Assembly (NCBI RefSeq): GCF_963921235.1
Contig: NC_086108.1
Span: forward strand, 55,554,001 to 55,618,000
DNA length: 64,000 nt
From: Mobula hypostoma
Taxonomy: Eukaryota
Reading direction: 5' to 3'
Positions 36,975-50,370 of this stretch are shown here, piece by piece. The translations under genes were made by a program, and so were the position numbers. The notes under the pieces were generated by a model that saw only the letters and a program-made list of their open reading frames with translations, was not told the DNA's origin and ran no database searches. Every line of letters begins with the position of its first letter. The first letter of the stretch is position 1.

Positions 36975-37735
36975 GTGATGGTGGGAGGTAGGTGTTTTGG
37001 AGTCCAGGAGTCCATCTTATTGTACTCGGGAGCAGTGGAGTAGAAGTTGTCCTTAAGCTTGGTTGTATGTCCACCATAGAATGTATCGTATTTGGATGCA
37101 TCATGGCTTGGTATGGCAACATTCCCTCTTCTCCCGTGATGGGAAGGGAGTGAAGAGGGAATGTCCAGGATGGGTTGGGTCTTTGATTTCGCTGGCTGCT
37201 TTACCGAGGCAGCAAGAAATATAGACAGAATCCGTAGAGGATGCTGGTTTCTGTGATGCACTGTGCTGTGTCAATGATTCCCTGCAGTTACTTGCAGTCA
37301 CAGGCAGAGCAATTGCCATACCAAATCATGTTGCATCTGGATAGGATGCTTTCTATGGTGCATTGTTAAAAATTAATAAGAGTCGACAAGGACATGCCAA
37401 ATATCTCTGTCCTTCTGAGGAAGTAAAGGCATCGGTGAGCTTTCTTGCCAAGGCATTGACGTGTTTGGACCAGGACAGACTATCGGTGATGTTCAATCCC
37501 AGGAGTTTGAAGCTCTTAACCCTCTCAACCTCTATGCCATTGATGTAGAGAGGAGCATGCACTGCCACCTCCCCACCTCCCCCCCCCACCAAAATTCAAT
37601 GACCAGCTCTTTTGTTTTGTTGACATTAAGGGAAAGAATGTTGTTATGACACTATGCTAATGAACTTTCTATCTCCTCCCTGTACTCCAGCTCATCATTA
37701 TTTGAGAAATGATTCATTACAGTGGTATTATTAGA
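36975..37735 (-). mobile_element. Rex1/Babar LINE fragment
   Basis: Peptides PLYINGIEVERVKSFKLLGLNITDSLSWSKH and KAASEIKDPTHPGHSLF. Confidence 0.85.
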
Positions 37736-38365
37736 TTATTAGATTATGAGGACACACAGTCCTCTTTTATTGTCATTTAGTAATGCATGCATTCAGAAAT
37801 GATAAAATATTCCTCCGGTGTGATATCATAAGGTGTACATAGGACAGACCAAGACTGAAAAACTAACAAAAACCACATAATTATAACATATAGTTACAAC
37901 AGTGCAACAATACCATAACTTGACGAAGAACAGGCCATGACACAGTAAAAAAGTTCAAAGTCTCTTGAAAGTCCCACATCTCACGTAGACGGGAGAAGGA
38001 AGAAAACTCTCCCTGCCATGTCCGACCACAGTCCGACTCTGAGTTGTCCGAAAACTTGGAGCTCCAATCAGCCCTCCGACACCAAGTACCGAGCACCATC
38101 TCTATCTGAACGATTCGACCTCAGCCTCGGTCGCCAGCAGCAGGCAAAGCTGGGGATTTTTGGGCCTTCCCTCCGGAAGATTCTCGATCGCCCAGTAACA
38201 GTGGCAGTGAACCAGAGTTTCAGGAATTTCTCCAGCTGTTCCTCTGTGCTTTCACGTCTGTCTCCATCAAATCAGAATTGTCCACAGCTCCTATTTAACA
38301 GACAATATCATTTTCACCGGAGAGCTGCGCGTGCTGCGTCGTGCCGCCATCTTCTCCTCCCGCCA
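37735..38365 (-). mobile_element. Non-coding non-autonomous retroposon (Rex1-like head and tail)
   Basis: Minus strand starts GGCGGGAGGAGAAGATGGCGGCACGACGCAGC and ends ATGACAATAAAAG...ATAATCTAATAATCTAA. It is CpG-rich and interrupts the adjacent Rex1 copy. Confidence 0.7.
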
Positions 38366-38424
38366 CCTACCTTTATTATCTGCAAACTAGTAGATGTCCT
38401 GCAACAATTTGTTGGACATTCCTC

Positions 38425-38630
38425 ACAAGGCTTGTGTTATTATATTTAATGACCTGCAATGTCCCAAAGCACTTTACAATTTTAAAATTTGATCACAGTT
38501 GTAAAACAAGAAATGTGACAGGTAACTTCAGATTTCAAAATAGTTCCACAAATATCCATGTGATAATAGCCAGTAAAACGGTTTCATTAATTTGGTTGTA
38601 GGAGAAATATTGGCATAAGTGTCAGGGAAA
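38425..38630 (-). mobile_element. Deu-domain SINE remnant
   Basis: ATGTCCCAAAGCACTTTACA...GTGATAATAGCCAG...AAATATTGGC is the reverse complement of the Deu/L2-tail motifs. Confidence 0.55.
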
Positions 38631-39904
38631 GATCTTTTGTAAACTCTTTCCTAATTATATAACCAAATTTGAGAAAAATCTAATATTTTATTATCAGCTA
38701 AATTTCTTTTTTTAAAATTTAAATTTAATGATCATTATCCCAGATTCAGGTCATTAACATATTCTTGTTTCTTTTTTGGCAATATATAAGGACTATGTAG
38801 GTAAATAATGTGCAAAAGCATGCAGAGAATATATTAAAATATATCTATTAACATTTAGTGAAATACATATAGTTGTATGCATTGTGCCTTCAGTGTTTCT
38901 TCAGAAGAATAGGTGTTTTTTCTACAAGCAGCTGGTTCTTAACTAGTAATTTACTTTGCATTCAGGTGAAAAAGTGGTAAGACAATTTAAATTTCTTGCT
39001 TCTTTGGCTAATTTGTTTCTTGTGATTTAACTTAATCTTGTAATGAGTTATTAGGGTGGCTTCCAATACCATTCTCCTGTATTTTGTAAATAGCAACACT
39101 AAATACTGCATTGATGTCTGCACACACGAACCTGTATTACCAGTCTGACCCTTAAAATAAAGAGAATTCATAAAGAATGGGGACTTAGGCCAAGTTTTGC
39201 TCCATTTGGTATGTCTATCTTTGGAATAGAAATGTCTTGTTTTATCTTTGTTGTTATTTGTAACAGTTGGTAATCTAATATCCTTGAATCCTTCAGAGAA
39301 TGACCAGATAGCACAATAGATCTGCATTATGAAATTCAAACAAGTTGCCGCCAATGCAGAGTGGATGATGTTACTTATATCTGTCTCTGACCTTTTAATG
39401 CTCCAGTCACTTTTATAATTGCTTGTTGCCTCCATAATCTAGCTCACCATACTGTGCTTACTCCAAAAATGCTGAGATCAAGTATCATTTTGAAGTATTC
39501 CGGGAAATTTGTCGAGGAGTTTGAAAGCTCAAAATCAAGGAACCAGGTTAGTTGGGAAGGAGCAAAAAAAAGCAAACTGCTGGAGGATCTGAGTGGGTCA
39601 GACATCTGAGGAGGGAAATGGGGTCATCTGGTCTAGGGTGGAGACTGAGTGCAGGGAGAAATTCATAGAAGTGAGAGGAACTTGTATTCAGATGATAACC
39701 TAAAGTGTAATGCTAGCAGTTATCTAACTCCAGTGTACTTAATTTAAAAAGACTTTGTATGCGTCAGTTTGCAGTAATCGTACAATACCTCAATGTTCTT
39801 GTATGTGAAGGTATTCATAAACTCAACTTTATCATTCCAATTAATGCTAATGTTTCATTTTGTTCCTTGTCCAAATTGACTTTTGATGTCCATTATGACA
39901 AACC

Positions 39905-41165
39905 CATAAAGTCATGAAAACAGACCATTTTACCATCTACCCCCGCCCCCCCATGTTCATGCTGACCAGTACTTACCAGGACCGTAGCCCTTTGTTTAAT
40001 GTTGATGATTCAAGGGTTCATCCAGACAGTACATTCCAGATTTTAATCACCTAGGTGAAAAAAAATTCCTCCCTAATCTAAATTTCCCACCGTTATGCTA
40101 AACTTAAACCCTCTGCTTTTTAACTACCCCACTAGGCAGAAATGTTTTTTTTTAAAAAACTCTGCTCTATCTATGCCCCTCATTATTTACATATTTTATT
40201 CTGGTCCTCCATTGAGCTTCTCCGCTCCAAGGAAAATAAACTCAACATATCTAGTCATAGAATAATACAGCATGGAAACAGGCCCTTTGCCCCAATGTGC
40301 CCATGTTGTCCATCTCGGGATCTCTGGTTATGACTGAAATAGTCCATCCCAACCAAATACTGGTAAACCTTTTTGTTGTATATTTGAGCAAAATTGTGTG
40401 TCTGAATATATATAAAATAAACATTCATGTTCATTTAAATAATTAATTACAGGTTATATGTAAACTATATTAATTGCATACATCATCATGCTACCACATG
40501 ATAGATACACACCTCACTTAAAGATGAAAGCAGACCTGCATTCCTGGACCCCTGTGTTTTGCTTGGAATTAGTTCATGTTTTATAGATTACAAAACATAA
40601 CGCTCCTCTGCCCCCTGCCAAGGTGCAGTGGCCTCTTTCCTATAGTGCAGTGACCAAAACTGCTCACAGTGCTCTACCTGTTGCCTGACTGGTGTTTAAC
40701 AATGCCGTACCCCAGTAAAAGTGCTCTTCCAATTTTGTATTCTATGTTGCAGTTTAAGGCGGCAAATATCTCCTTCACTACTTGCGTTGTCACCTTCAGG
40801 GATTTTTGGGTGTATATACATCAAGGTTCCTCTGTTCCTCAATACTCAGTAGGATACTTATCTTTGTACAAGTACTACTTTTATTAATCATATAAAAATG
40901 CATCAGCATATCAGCATTAAATTCCATCTGAATCAACTGTACCCATCTTATTAGGTTTTCAGTATAGTCCTGTAACTTAAGACAACCTTCCTCATCATCA
41001 GCAATGCCACTGTGAATTTCATAATTATACCTCCTGCATTCACACTTCAAATTATTAATGTAAATAACTAACAGTTACAGTCCCAGGACCAATCCCTGAG
41101 CACTAATAGTTGCAGACTTTCAATTATGAAAAGAGCCCTCCACATCATCTGCTGCTTCTTATTAT
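39905..41165 (-). mobile_element. Degenerate CR1 3' region with nested solo LTR
   Basis: Peptide GIADDEEGCLKLQDYTENLIRWVQLIQMEFNAD...EEQRNLDV plus 3' region. Confidence 0.75.
40374..40601 (+). mobile_element. Solo LTR (family of the 8003 Gypsy element)
   Basis: Starts TGTTG. Shares TCATCATGCTACCAC.TGATA, CTTAAAG and TTACAAAACA.AAC with 8140-8262. Confidence 0.7.
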
Positions 41166-41179
41166 GAAGCCAGCTTGGT

Positions 41180-41645
41180 GATGGTATTGTTTATCATTGT
41201 CACAAGATACAGTGAAAAGCTTGTTTTGCATACTGTTTATATAGATCAAATCATGTCACAGTGCATTGAGCTACATACAGTAAGGTAAAACAAAAACAAT
41301 GCAAAATAAGGTCTAAAGTTCAGTGTAGGTAAGTGATAAAGTTCACCACGAGGTAGATTGTGAGACTAAGAGTTCATCTTATCAAACTAGAGGTCTGTTC
41401 AGGACTCTGATGGAAGCTGTCCTTGAACCTGATGGTATGTGCTTTCAGGTTTTTGTATATTCTGCCTGAAGGAAGTGGGAATGTTTACAGCTAGGAACTT
41501 GAAGCTCTGAAGTCTCTCAAGCTCAACACCATTAATGTAGACATGTCTTTCTGAAGTCAATGGTCAGCTGTTTTGTTTGACTGACACTGAAGAAAAGGCT
41601 GTTTCACTGACACCATGTAGTTAAGCTTTCGATCTCCTTCCCATA
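41180..41645 (-). mobile_element. Rex1-type LINE 3' fragment
   Basis: CAAGATACAGTGAAAAGCTTG...GAAGCTGTCCTTGAACCTG...CTGAAGTCAATGGTCAGCTGTTTTGTTTGACTGACA, parallel to 37590-37680. Confidence 0.65.
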
Positions 41646-42671
41646 CCATAGTTCTGCCATAACCCCAAGCTGTTATTAACCACTCAGTAATACACAATTT
41701 AAACTGGATTCCAACAATATCAACCAGATGGCAAGGCTATTAGCTACATTTGGAAGCTGTTACTGACCTGCCTATGTAAGGTGAAGGCAGTGAGCATTGA
41801 CCGCTGCTCAACTCTCAAGGTTTTGTATGTGTCGGATAAGTCATGTAGCTTCTACAGTCATGAGTTCATCAGTGCAACGCATCTGTCCATTCTGAGCATT
41901 TATGGAGGGGTTCTGTGGACAATGCGCTCAAACCACCAACGAGAGAGCAACATCCCTTTGACACAGTTAACCTATCTAATTATGAATAGTTATTTTGCCC
42001 TTTGCAAATGTCAATACATCTGGTTCTTTGTGAAGTGCAAATATCAGCCAGCCAGATGGTTCACTCAGACATTTTGACTATTGTAATCAATTTAAAATAA
42101 TTTGCATTAATGTACTCAGAAAATCAGACTCGTTATATATAAAAAAGGATTTTGCAGAACATGGCTGCCAAGATGGAAAATAATAGGAGCAAATATGCTA
42201 TTGTTGCTTTGTCTCTTTTAAAAATTTAGCTTATCAAACACAGATAGCAATTATTTTTGTGTAATAATTTGAAGTACCTTGTCAATAAGGAATGAGAAAA
42301 TCTGCTTTGGCATCTGTAGTTTTACTATCAATAATTTATTAACATCAATATCTTCATTACCAGCAACTGTATATGTGTTAAAAGCCAAGGTTTTTGCAGC
42401 AAATAAACAATGGTTTTGAAAACATGTTGCTGTAAATTATCTACAGTCGTGGGAGTAGTGTATGCCATTTCAACTACAAGATTATTCCCTCCAAATTTTC
42501 CACGCCACACTTTGTATTAATTTTGATCCTGCTTGAATATGTGTGGGCATGAGATCTGGTGCTATTGCAGTATTTAAGTAATTGCAGAACTATTTTAAAT
42601 CCATGCAAGGTGCTTGTTAACTGGGCTGGGAATTCCTCCAGAGCCTCAGTGACAGATGATTTACTATTTGG

Positions 42672-42779
42672 AATTAACGTGAAAATATACATCTATGGGA
42701 CAAAGAGAAGGAAGTCAATGAAGAAAATTAACATGAAAACATGCGTCTATAGTACGAAGAGAAGGAAGTCAATGAAGAA
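42672..42779. repeat. Tandem duplication, 54-bp unit x2
   Basis: AATTAAC.TGAAAA.AT.C.TCTAT.G.AC.AAGAGAAGGAAGTCAATGAAGAA starts at 42672 and again at 42726. Confidence 0.9.
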
Positions 42780-43104
42780 TACAATGCAGGCCCATCTAAA
42801 AAGCTGTTTGAATTGATAAACCTCCAGATTAGCGAAAGAAAGAGGATTTACAATAGCTTTCCCTAAAAACTGGTTTACTACTAAAGACACTTAACTTACA
42901 GTTATGAATTTTATGGCTACCTGTAAAGATTTCAAGGAAATTCTTAATATACACATGCTCTGTGGCTGGTCTTTCACTCACTCTAGAATGTTGGGGGGAG
43001 GGGGGTGGGGGGTGAAGAAAAGCCTCATTGGCACATTAGCTTCACCCTCACTCGCTTCAAGAAATATCCACTTGTACTCTTCTGGTGTGTGTTCACGTAC
43101 TTCA

Positions 43105-43545
43105 TACAGCACAGAAAAGGGTCCTTTGGGCGATCGAGTTGACTGCCTGAGCTAATCCTATTTGCTACCATATGGCCCATATCCCTCTGAGTCTTTGCTA
43201 GCCATTAATTTGTCCCAATGTCTTTTAAATGTTGTAATTTTGTGTTCCTCTACCACTTCCTCTGGCAGCACGTTCCGTATACCCACCATTTTCTGAATGG
43301 GAAAACGCTTCCCCCTGAATCTTTCTCCTTTCATCTTAAACCTATGTGCCTTATATTTAGACTCCACTGCCCTGGAAAACAAAGACTGTGACAATTCACC
43401 TCATCTTGCCTTTCATGATTTTAAATATGATACGGTCACCGCGCAACCTCCTGCACTCCAGATATAATAGCACCAGCCTATCCATTCTTTCCCTACAACT
43501 CAAGCCCTACTGTTTTGCCCAAATTCTTGTGAGTTGCCTCTACTT
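43105..43545 (-). mobile_element. CR1 3' fragment
   Basis: Peptide LFSRAVESKYKAHRFKMKGERF...NVLPEEVVEE..ITTFKRHWDK. Confidence 0.8.
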
Positions 43546-43559
43546 TTTTAGAAGTCTGT

Positions 43560-43828
43560 CCCGCACACCACTGTTATAGAGAAGGCTTACTTGAGTTACT
43601 GTCGCCTTCCTGTCAGCTTGAGCCAGTCTGGCTATTCTCCTCTGTTCTTCCTTATTAACAAAATATTTTCACCCACAGATCTGCCGCTCACTCGATGTTT
43701 TTGATTTTTAGCACCATTCTCTGTAAACTCTAGAGACTGCTATGTGTGAAAATCTCAGGAGATCAGCAGTTTCTGAAATACCCCGTCTGGCACTGACAAT
43801 CATTTCACAGTCAAAGTCACTTAGATCA
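43560..43828 (-). mobile_element. Tc1-like transposase N-terminal (HTH) fragment
   Basis: Minus-strand translation DLSDFDCEMIVSARRG-ISETADLLRFSHIAVSRVYREW...RIARLAQADRKATVTQ. Confidence 0.75.
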
Positions 43829-44409
43829 GCATTTGTGCCAACCTTCCCTGAAATGTCAAGTGGACGATGCACCGTGTCTTTGTCCTAGGCTTCCTGGTTT
43901 CATAATTTATCATCTCTGCCCAAACAAATTTACTTTTGATGTACCTGGAAATGGTTGAATGCATATGATAATCTGTAGAGCTGGAAAATAGTGTGGATTT
44001 TGGTCCTATAGTTTCGCATTCATTTTGATTCATGCCACAGGTTAAGCTGCTGCAGTACTGCTGAAACATTGGTGTTCACTATGTCTGAAGTTGCCTAGGT
44101 AGATCATGTCAATGCAAAGTAGAATACTCTAATCTACTTGGGCGGTGTCTTTCAAATCAGTGTATCCTCAAGCAACAGCAAAGAAAAAGTCATTGACGTC
44201 CCTCTCAAGGGCACTTACTTGCTAGTTCAACATTTAAGAGAAGGTTGGGTAGGTGCAAGGATGCTAGGGGTATAAAGTGCTATGGTCCTGGTGCAGGTTG
44301 ACGGGAATAGGCAGTTTAAATGGCTTGGCATTGACTAGGTGGACTCAAGGGCCTGTTTCTGTGCTGTACTTTTCTATGACTCTGTGACTCTTATACCCTG
44401 CTCACCAAT

Positions 44410-44813
44410 TCCTAGTTGGGTTTCAGCAGGACAATTTCATAGCAGGCTTCATTGTAACTTTGGTCCAAAATCTAAGAGCTGAAATTAAGAAGCAAAGGTG
44501 ATGTGGTTTGTCCTAAAGTAAAGACATCATTTGACCAAATGCAACACTCAGGAACTCATATAAAAGTACAATCAATAGAAATCAGAGGAAAAATCTGGCC
44601 CAATTGAAGCCATCCTTGGCAAAAATAATTAATTTCTAACAACCAAAACCATTTAATAACCCATAATTATTTAGGCAGAATCAACTCAGCCCTCTTCATC
44701 ATCAATGACCCTTCCTCTCCAATAGGTTGAAAATGGAGATGCTTGCTGATCTTCCATTTACAATTCCTCAAATAATGTATCGGTCCATTCCCTCATGAAC
44801 CAAGAGCTGAATA
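44410..44813 (+). mobile_element. Ancient CR1/Jockey-group LINE, RT part 1
   Basis: Decayed similarity to FGFRQ...LDIKAAFDRVWH...INDLP...FADD...QQDLDNI (recalled elasmobranch consensus). Confidence 0.5.
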
Positions 44814-45219
44814 TATATAGTTTTATCCTATTGTTATTACACCTTTCGTTAATCTACCTGCATATGTGCTCTTCAGTGTCCCAGTGGCTATGGGGAGGGG
44901 ATGGGGTCTATAGTAGAGTCCTGTAAGAGTGATTGTACCCTTTCTATTTTTGAGTTCTACCCATATAGACTAGGTAGACATATCCTCCATTAAGTCCCCT
45001 CTGAATGCAGCTCTAATATTGTCCCTGATTTGTAGTGCATCTCCCTCTTCCCCCAACTCTTAAATAGGCATGTGAGTGCAAAAAATGGAGGGCTATGTGA
45101 GAGGGTAGGATGAGTTTAATCATGGAGTAGACTAAGGAGTTGGCACAATATTATGGTCACAATATCTAAGGCAACTTATCACCTATTGGAAGTACAGTAT
45201 TCTCGAATCCTATAAATAA

Positions 45220-45510
45220 GGGGCGGCACAGTAGCATAGTGGTTAGCACAACGCTTTACAGTACAGGTGACCTGGGTTCAGTTCCCACTGCTGCCTTAAG
45301 GAGTTTGTACATTCTCCTCATGACCACGGGGGTTTCCTCTGGGTCCTTCTGTTTCCTCCCATGGTCTGGGGATGTGCTGGTTTGTACGTTGATTGATCAT
45401 TGTAGATTGTCTTGTGACTGGTCTAGGGTTAAATTGGGGTTCCTAGGTGGTGTGACTTGGTGGACTGGAGGGTCCTGTGCCACACTGTATCTCAATAAAT
45501 ACCGAAGTAA
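45220..45510 (+). mobile_element. HE1-like V-SINE
   Basis: GGGCGGCACAGTAGCATAGTGGTTAGCAC (A box), GGGTTCAGTTCCC (B box), V-domain GGAGTTTGTACATTCTCC...GGGTTTCCTCTGGG. Confidence 0.85.
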
Positions 45511-46244
45511 TTAAATTGGGCAAAGATTGGTGGTGGTGGATGGGGGGAGGGGTGGTGAATTCACATATTATTGAAATCAGTATTACAAAGTATGAAGTCA
45601 ATTAACCTCCTTTATTTGCTTGAATACTTGCCTAGAAGCTGTTTTGTCACAGTACTGTAATCAGAGAAAGGCATAATGCTCATAATAAAATGATTAGTGT
45701 TTAAAGGGCAACATGTGAACTGACAGAAACCATTATGAACATTTTATTCCCGATACAAGAGAACAAATCTCTGGTGTCTCTGATGGTGTCAGATTGGAAG
45801 CAAAGTCTGGATATTGTTGGTAATAACTTTGGATATAAACACTTGTAATAGATTACTCTCTGCCATCTGACAGAAGATGTATCTTATTTACTGATTATTG
45901 CATAGATAGGTGTAATGAATCACTACTGTGGAAAATGTACACTGGAATAAAACTCAGAGACAGTGAGATATATGTAGTGGACCCTGTTGATACAGAGTAT
46001 TTTAAGTAACAGGTTTAGAGCATTTTGTTGGTTGTATGTACAGATATTATTTCCAGCATTATTTTGTAAAACTCAGGCAACCCCACATTCCTGTACCATG
46101 TCCTGAGATGACAATGAAATTGGCAGCAATCATAGGTTGATCCAAATATTTACAGCAGATCAAACAAATTATCCAAACCAAACACCATGTAGGGGCAATT
46201 CAGTTGTGATCAAGTTGACATAAGTGGGCTTGGAAGCTGCTGAT

Positions 46245-46550
46245 TCACACTAGCGGTGAATCAGGTTCAGTCCTGACCTGTACTGCCAGCAGCATGGAGG
46301 TTGCACACTCTCGCTGTCGCCTCAGAATTTCCTCCAGGTGCATTAGCTTTTTTGTATCTCAAGGATGTCCAGTAGGTGGGCTAATTGACTACTTTATATT
46401 GTCCTGAATGTGTAGGTGGGTTCTTAAGGGATTGATATGAATTTAAGGAGAATAAAGAAAAATTAGTGCAGGATTAGTATAAGTGAACAGTTGACTGACG
46501 GTTGGCACAGACTTGCTGGTCACATGGCCTATTTCTATGCTATAATATAT
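46245..46550 (+). mobile_element. Degenerate HE1-like V-SINE
   Basis: CAGGTTCAGTCCTGACC...GGAGGTTGCACACTCTC...TTTCCTCCAGGTGC and CR1-like tail. Confidence 0.65.
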
Positions 46551-47849
46551 TTCTATTTAGAGATGAATTGAATGAGGGAGTATGCTGTACACTTAAACTA
46601 TACTAACAATTAGGCAATTCTATGGAATGTGTGGATAGAATTAGGAAGTTGTAAAGTAAGCTGGCAAACAATATTGGTCAATGGAGAAGAGGAAACTCAA
46701 GCCTTGGACATTGTTCAAATGAAATTCAGCAAGCACATTAAAGTACAGCCTTCCAATGTCAATATTGAGTTCATTTATTGCAAGTCATAATGAGTACCCC
46801 ATATTTTATGGTACAGCAATTACTGTTAATACCTTTATCATTTTTAGCTTCTCTATATCACTCTTTTGGTTTGTTTCGTTGCCCAATTACAGCTCCCAGT
46901 TTGCCCTGTGCTGTCAGTCCTTTTGACTCCATTTCTCCTACCTACACTCTGCTTGCACCTTATGTTTCTTCTGATGGAAACTCATCAGGAGAAATTATTT
47001 ATTTCATTGCTTTGGAAGGGAGAAGTAGCCAGAGTGTGGTTCTGTTCTGCAAAGAGAGAGCTGTGATCTTCAAATTCACTCCGATGCTGCTTCAAACAAA
47101 ATATGGTAAAATCTTGAACTATTTCCTGCTAAACATAGTTTAGGCTTGTCCAGAGACCTATCATGCTTTTGTTATAGATCAACTGGATTGCTGAAAATGT
47201 CCTGTGTTTTCCGTTTTCTGTTTTATACCGAAATGATAATACTGAGTCTTTACCGGAACAGCCTACTCATGATTCCTTTACAGAATTCTATTCGAATTGG
47301 CCTATCATTAAGTCTCTTGATACATGGAGTGATAACAGAGTAACAGTCCTGATTAGATTTCAATTGTCATAATCATTATGAATCAGTCTACTATCGTGAT
47401 TATAGTGTTTCCTCAATCTCTTCCAAGTGTTTAATTACTATAACAACGCATGTGTTTTAAATCAGTTGACAAAATAGATAGTGCTGTGATAAATGTGAGC
47501 TAGTAAAGGGTTAATTCAATAGCAGCTGGTCTTGTAGGCTGTCCCAGACATCAACTTTCTCCAACAGCATGTATTATTGTGCCCGCAACATCAACGGAGA
47601 ACCTTAAAACTAGAGTTAATGGCTTTTGTTAGCTGTGATGAAGAAGGGCAGAACTGGTCTAATTAAATGTTGTTATACCTCAGGGGCCAGGTTCAGTTTA
47701 TAGCTTCTTGCTGTTTAAAAATTACTCTATCCACCTCACTAACAAAATGGATGATTTTGCAATTCCTCCTTATTGAGTTTCACTTAAGAATCTCCTGTAA
47801 CAACTTTATGTTGCCTTCACCTAAATTTATGGTGCTAATTAAAATAGAA

Positions 47850-48357
47850 TTGCCATCCCATTATAGGAAGGATGTGAAGACTATGGAGAGGGTGCTGAAT
47901 AGGTTTACCAGGATGGAGCCTACCTTAGAGGGCAGGAGATATAAGGAAAGGTTGGACCAACTTGGGTTGTTTGCTAGAGTGCTGGAGACCAAGAAGGAAC
48001 CAGATAGAAGTTTTCTAAAATATGAGAGGCGTAGAGTAGACAGTCAGAATTTGTTCCCCAGCATAGAAATATCAAACACCAGAGGATGTGATGTCAAGGT
48101 TTGAGGGAGAAAGTTTAAAGGCGATGTGAGAGGTGATTTTATGCAGAGAATCATAAAATCTCTGATTGGGGGTAATAGTAGAAACTAGCAGTCTGGTGGG
48201 TTTTTTAGAGCCTTTTAGATAGACACGTGAATCTGAAAGGAATGGGGGTTATGGATGATACGCAGGAAGAGGGTGTTTATTATAAATTGACATCAAGATC
48301 AGCACAACATTATGGACTGAATAGCTTTTCCAATGCTGTACTGTTCAATGTTCTAAC
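47850..48357 (+). mobile_element. CR1 3' fragment
   Basis: Peptide HYRKDVKTMERVLNRFTRMEPTLEG..YKERLDQLGLF plus tail. Confidence 0.8.
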
Positions 48358-48521
48358 TCCTGAAGTCAAGAACCAGCTCCTTCTGACCATGAGGCAAGCG
48401 TGCCATTTCCTGAGACTGGACTGGCATCTTAAATTTCCTACATTGAAGGATAAGACGTGGATATCATTGGCAAGACTAGTATTTATTAATCTGGCCCCAA
48501 AATTGTGTGGCCTGCTTTGAT

Positions 48522-49630
48522 TGTCAAGTCAAGTTTATTGTCATTTGCCTATATGCATGTATACCATCAAATGAGATAACATTTCTCTTGACCAGAGTGT
48601 AAAGCACAGTAGTATACATACATATAACACACAATAACTTAGGAAAGAAAGAATAAAATCTGCAAATGAATTCTGCAGATAAATGAAGTAAATTGTATAA
48701 ATTAAATACTGTGGGGTACAATACAAGTTAAGCTGTGACGCTTCGAAAGTGCTGTGGCTGGGAGTTCAGAAGCCTAATGGCCTGACGGAAGAATCTGTTT
48801 CCCATCCTGACCATTCTTGTCTTTATGTATCTGAGTCTCCTGCCTGATGGTAGGAAGAGGATGTTGGATGTACAGGTGGGATCCTTCATAATACTAAGGG
48901 CCCTGCGTTTGCAGCGCTCCTGATAAATGTCCTAGATGAATGGTAGAGAGATCCCTATAATCCTCAACTGTTCTCACAGTCTTTATAGGGACTTCTGGTC
49001 CAATGCACTGCTGCTCCCATACCAGATGGAGATGCAACTTGTCAGGATGCTGTCAATGGTGTTCCTATAAAATTCAGTTAAGATGTGTGGGAAGGGGGGG
49101 GAGCCTCGCTTGCCTTAATCTCCTTAGGATGTGAGGTCATCCATGATGTGAGCTCCCAGGAACTTAGTACACTCAACTCTCTCTATGGAGAAGCCAGACA
49201 GGGGTGGTTCATCTGCTCCTTCCTAAAGTCCACAGTAATTTCCTCGGTCTTCTCCATGTTCAGACTTGGATTGTGGCTCTCACACCAGTTCATCAGCCAT
49301 TCAACTTCCTCTCTGCACTCCGTCTTATCATCATTGTTGATGAGGCCAGCCACTGTTGTCTCATCCACGAACTTGATGGCATGGTTGGATCTGAATCCTG
49401 TGACACAGTCGTGTGTCAGCAGTGTAAACAGCTGTGGGCTGAGCACACGGCCCTGAGAGCGCCAGTGCTCAGAAGAATGGGACAAGAGACATTACTGCCC
49501 ACACAGACTGACTGTGGCTTTTCTGTTAAGAAGTGCAGGATCCAGTCACAGAGGGAGGTGTTCAGACTTGGTGAGGACAGTTTCCCCACTGGTTTCTGGG
49601 GTATGATGGTGTTAAATGCTGGACTGAAGT
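48522..49630 (-). mobile_element. Rex1/Babar LINE (RT C-terminal half + tail)
   Basis: Peptides [11 protein letters not shown]...[11 protein letters not shown] and [17 protein letters not shown]...KFVDETTVAGLI. Tail TCAAGTCAAGTTTATTGTCAT on the plus strand. Confidence 0.88.
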
Positions 49631-49737
49631 CTCTAGTGGGGCTGAGGAGGGGAAAGAAAAGGATCAGCCATGATTGAGTGGTGGAGCAGACTCGATGGGC
49701 CAAACAGCCTAATTCTGCTCTTACGTCCTATGTCTTA

Positions 49738-50370
49738 TGAATAATATTTGAGCTTGGTCTAATAGCTGCCCATTAATATTTGAATGAGACAAGACCATCT
49801 CCAAAAGGGTTTTGATATTTGCTGTTTGGCAGTCAGCAAAATAATAAATGTCAATTTCTCTATCATCAATATTCTGACTGTCACCATTACCAAATAGTTA
49901 TACAAACCACATAGAACTTTACATTTAGCTGTGAGTTGGATCTTGGGGATTCCACAGCAGTTGCAAGAGGTTCACTTTTTGATTCTCCAAAATCATTTCA
50001 CCCCCTACAAGGCAGAGATTAGGAATATAATGTCACAACTCAATTGGCCTCAATGTGTGCAGCTCAAAATATGAAAACATGATCAGCATTTCATCCACTG
50101 CTTTAAACTTCAACATCTGCACCCCTCCCCACCCACCTCTGGCATATTGTGCCTACAAAATGTACCATCAATGTGGTGAATGGCAACAATTTAGAAGATA
50201 TTTCAATAGCACTTCTATATCTAAAGGACAAATGCAGCAGATACATGGAATATCATAAGTTCCACTTCATATGCCATAGATTTGGAATTATGCCTTCAGT
50301 ATTCCTTCAAATCAAAACTAAATCCTGAAATCTTTCCAATAGCATCCAAAATGCACCTTTGCTAAGTTGA
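49738..50370 (+). mobile_element. Ancient CR1/Jockey-group LINE, part 2 (apparent continuation of 44410-44813)
   Basis: Decayed similarity to DNIQAW..., TIYKAQ (CCCCTACAAGGCAGAGATTAGG) and AGGACAAATGCAGCAGATACATGG. Confidence 0.5.

Noticed and set aside
38962..39435. 157-aa minus-strand ORF in non-repeat DNA
   Set aside because: No recognisable motif and no convincing splice boundaries. Likely a chance ORF.
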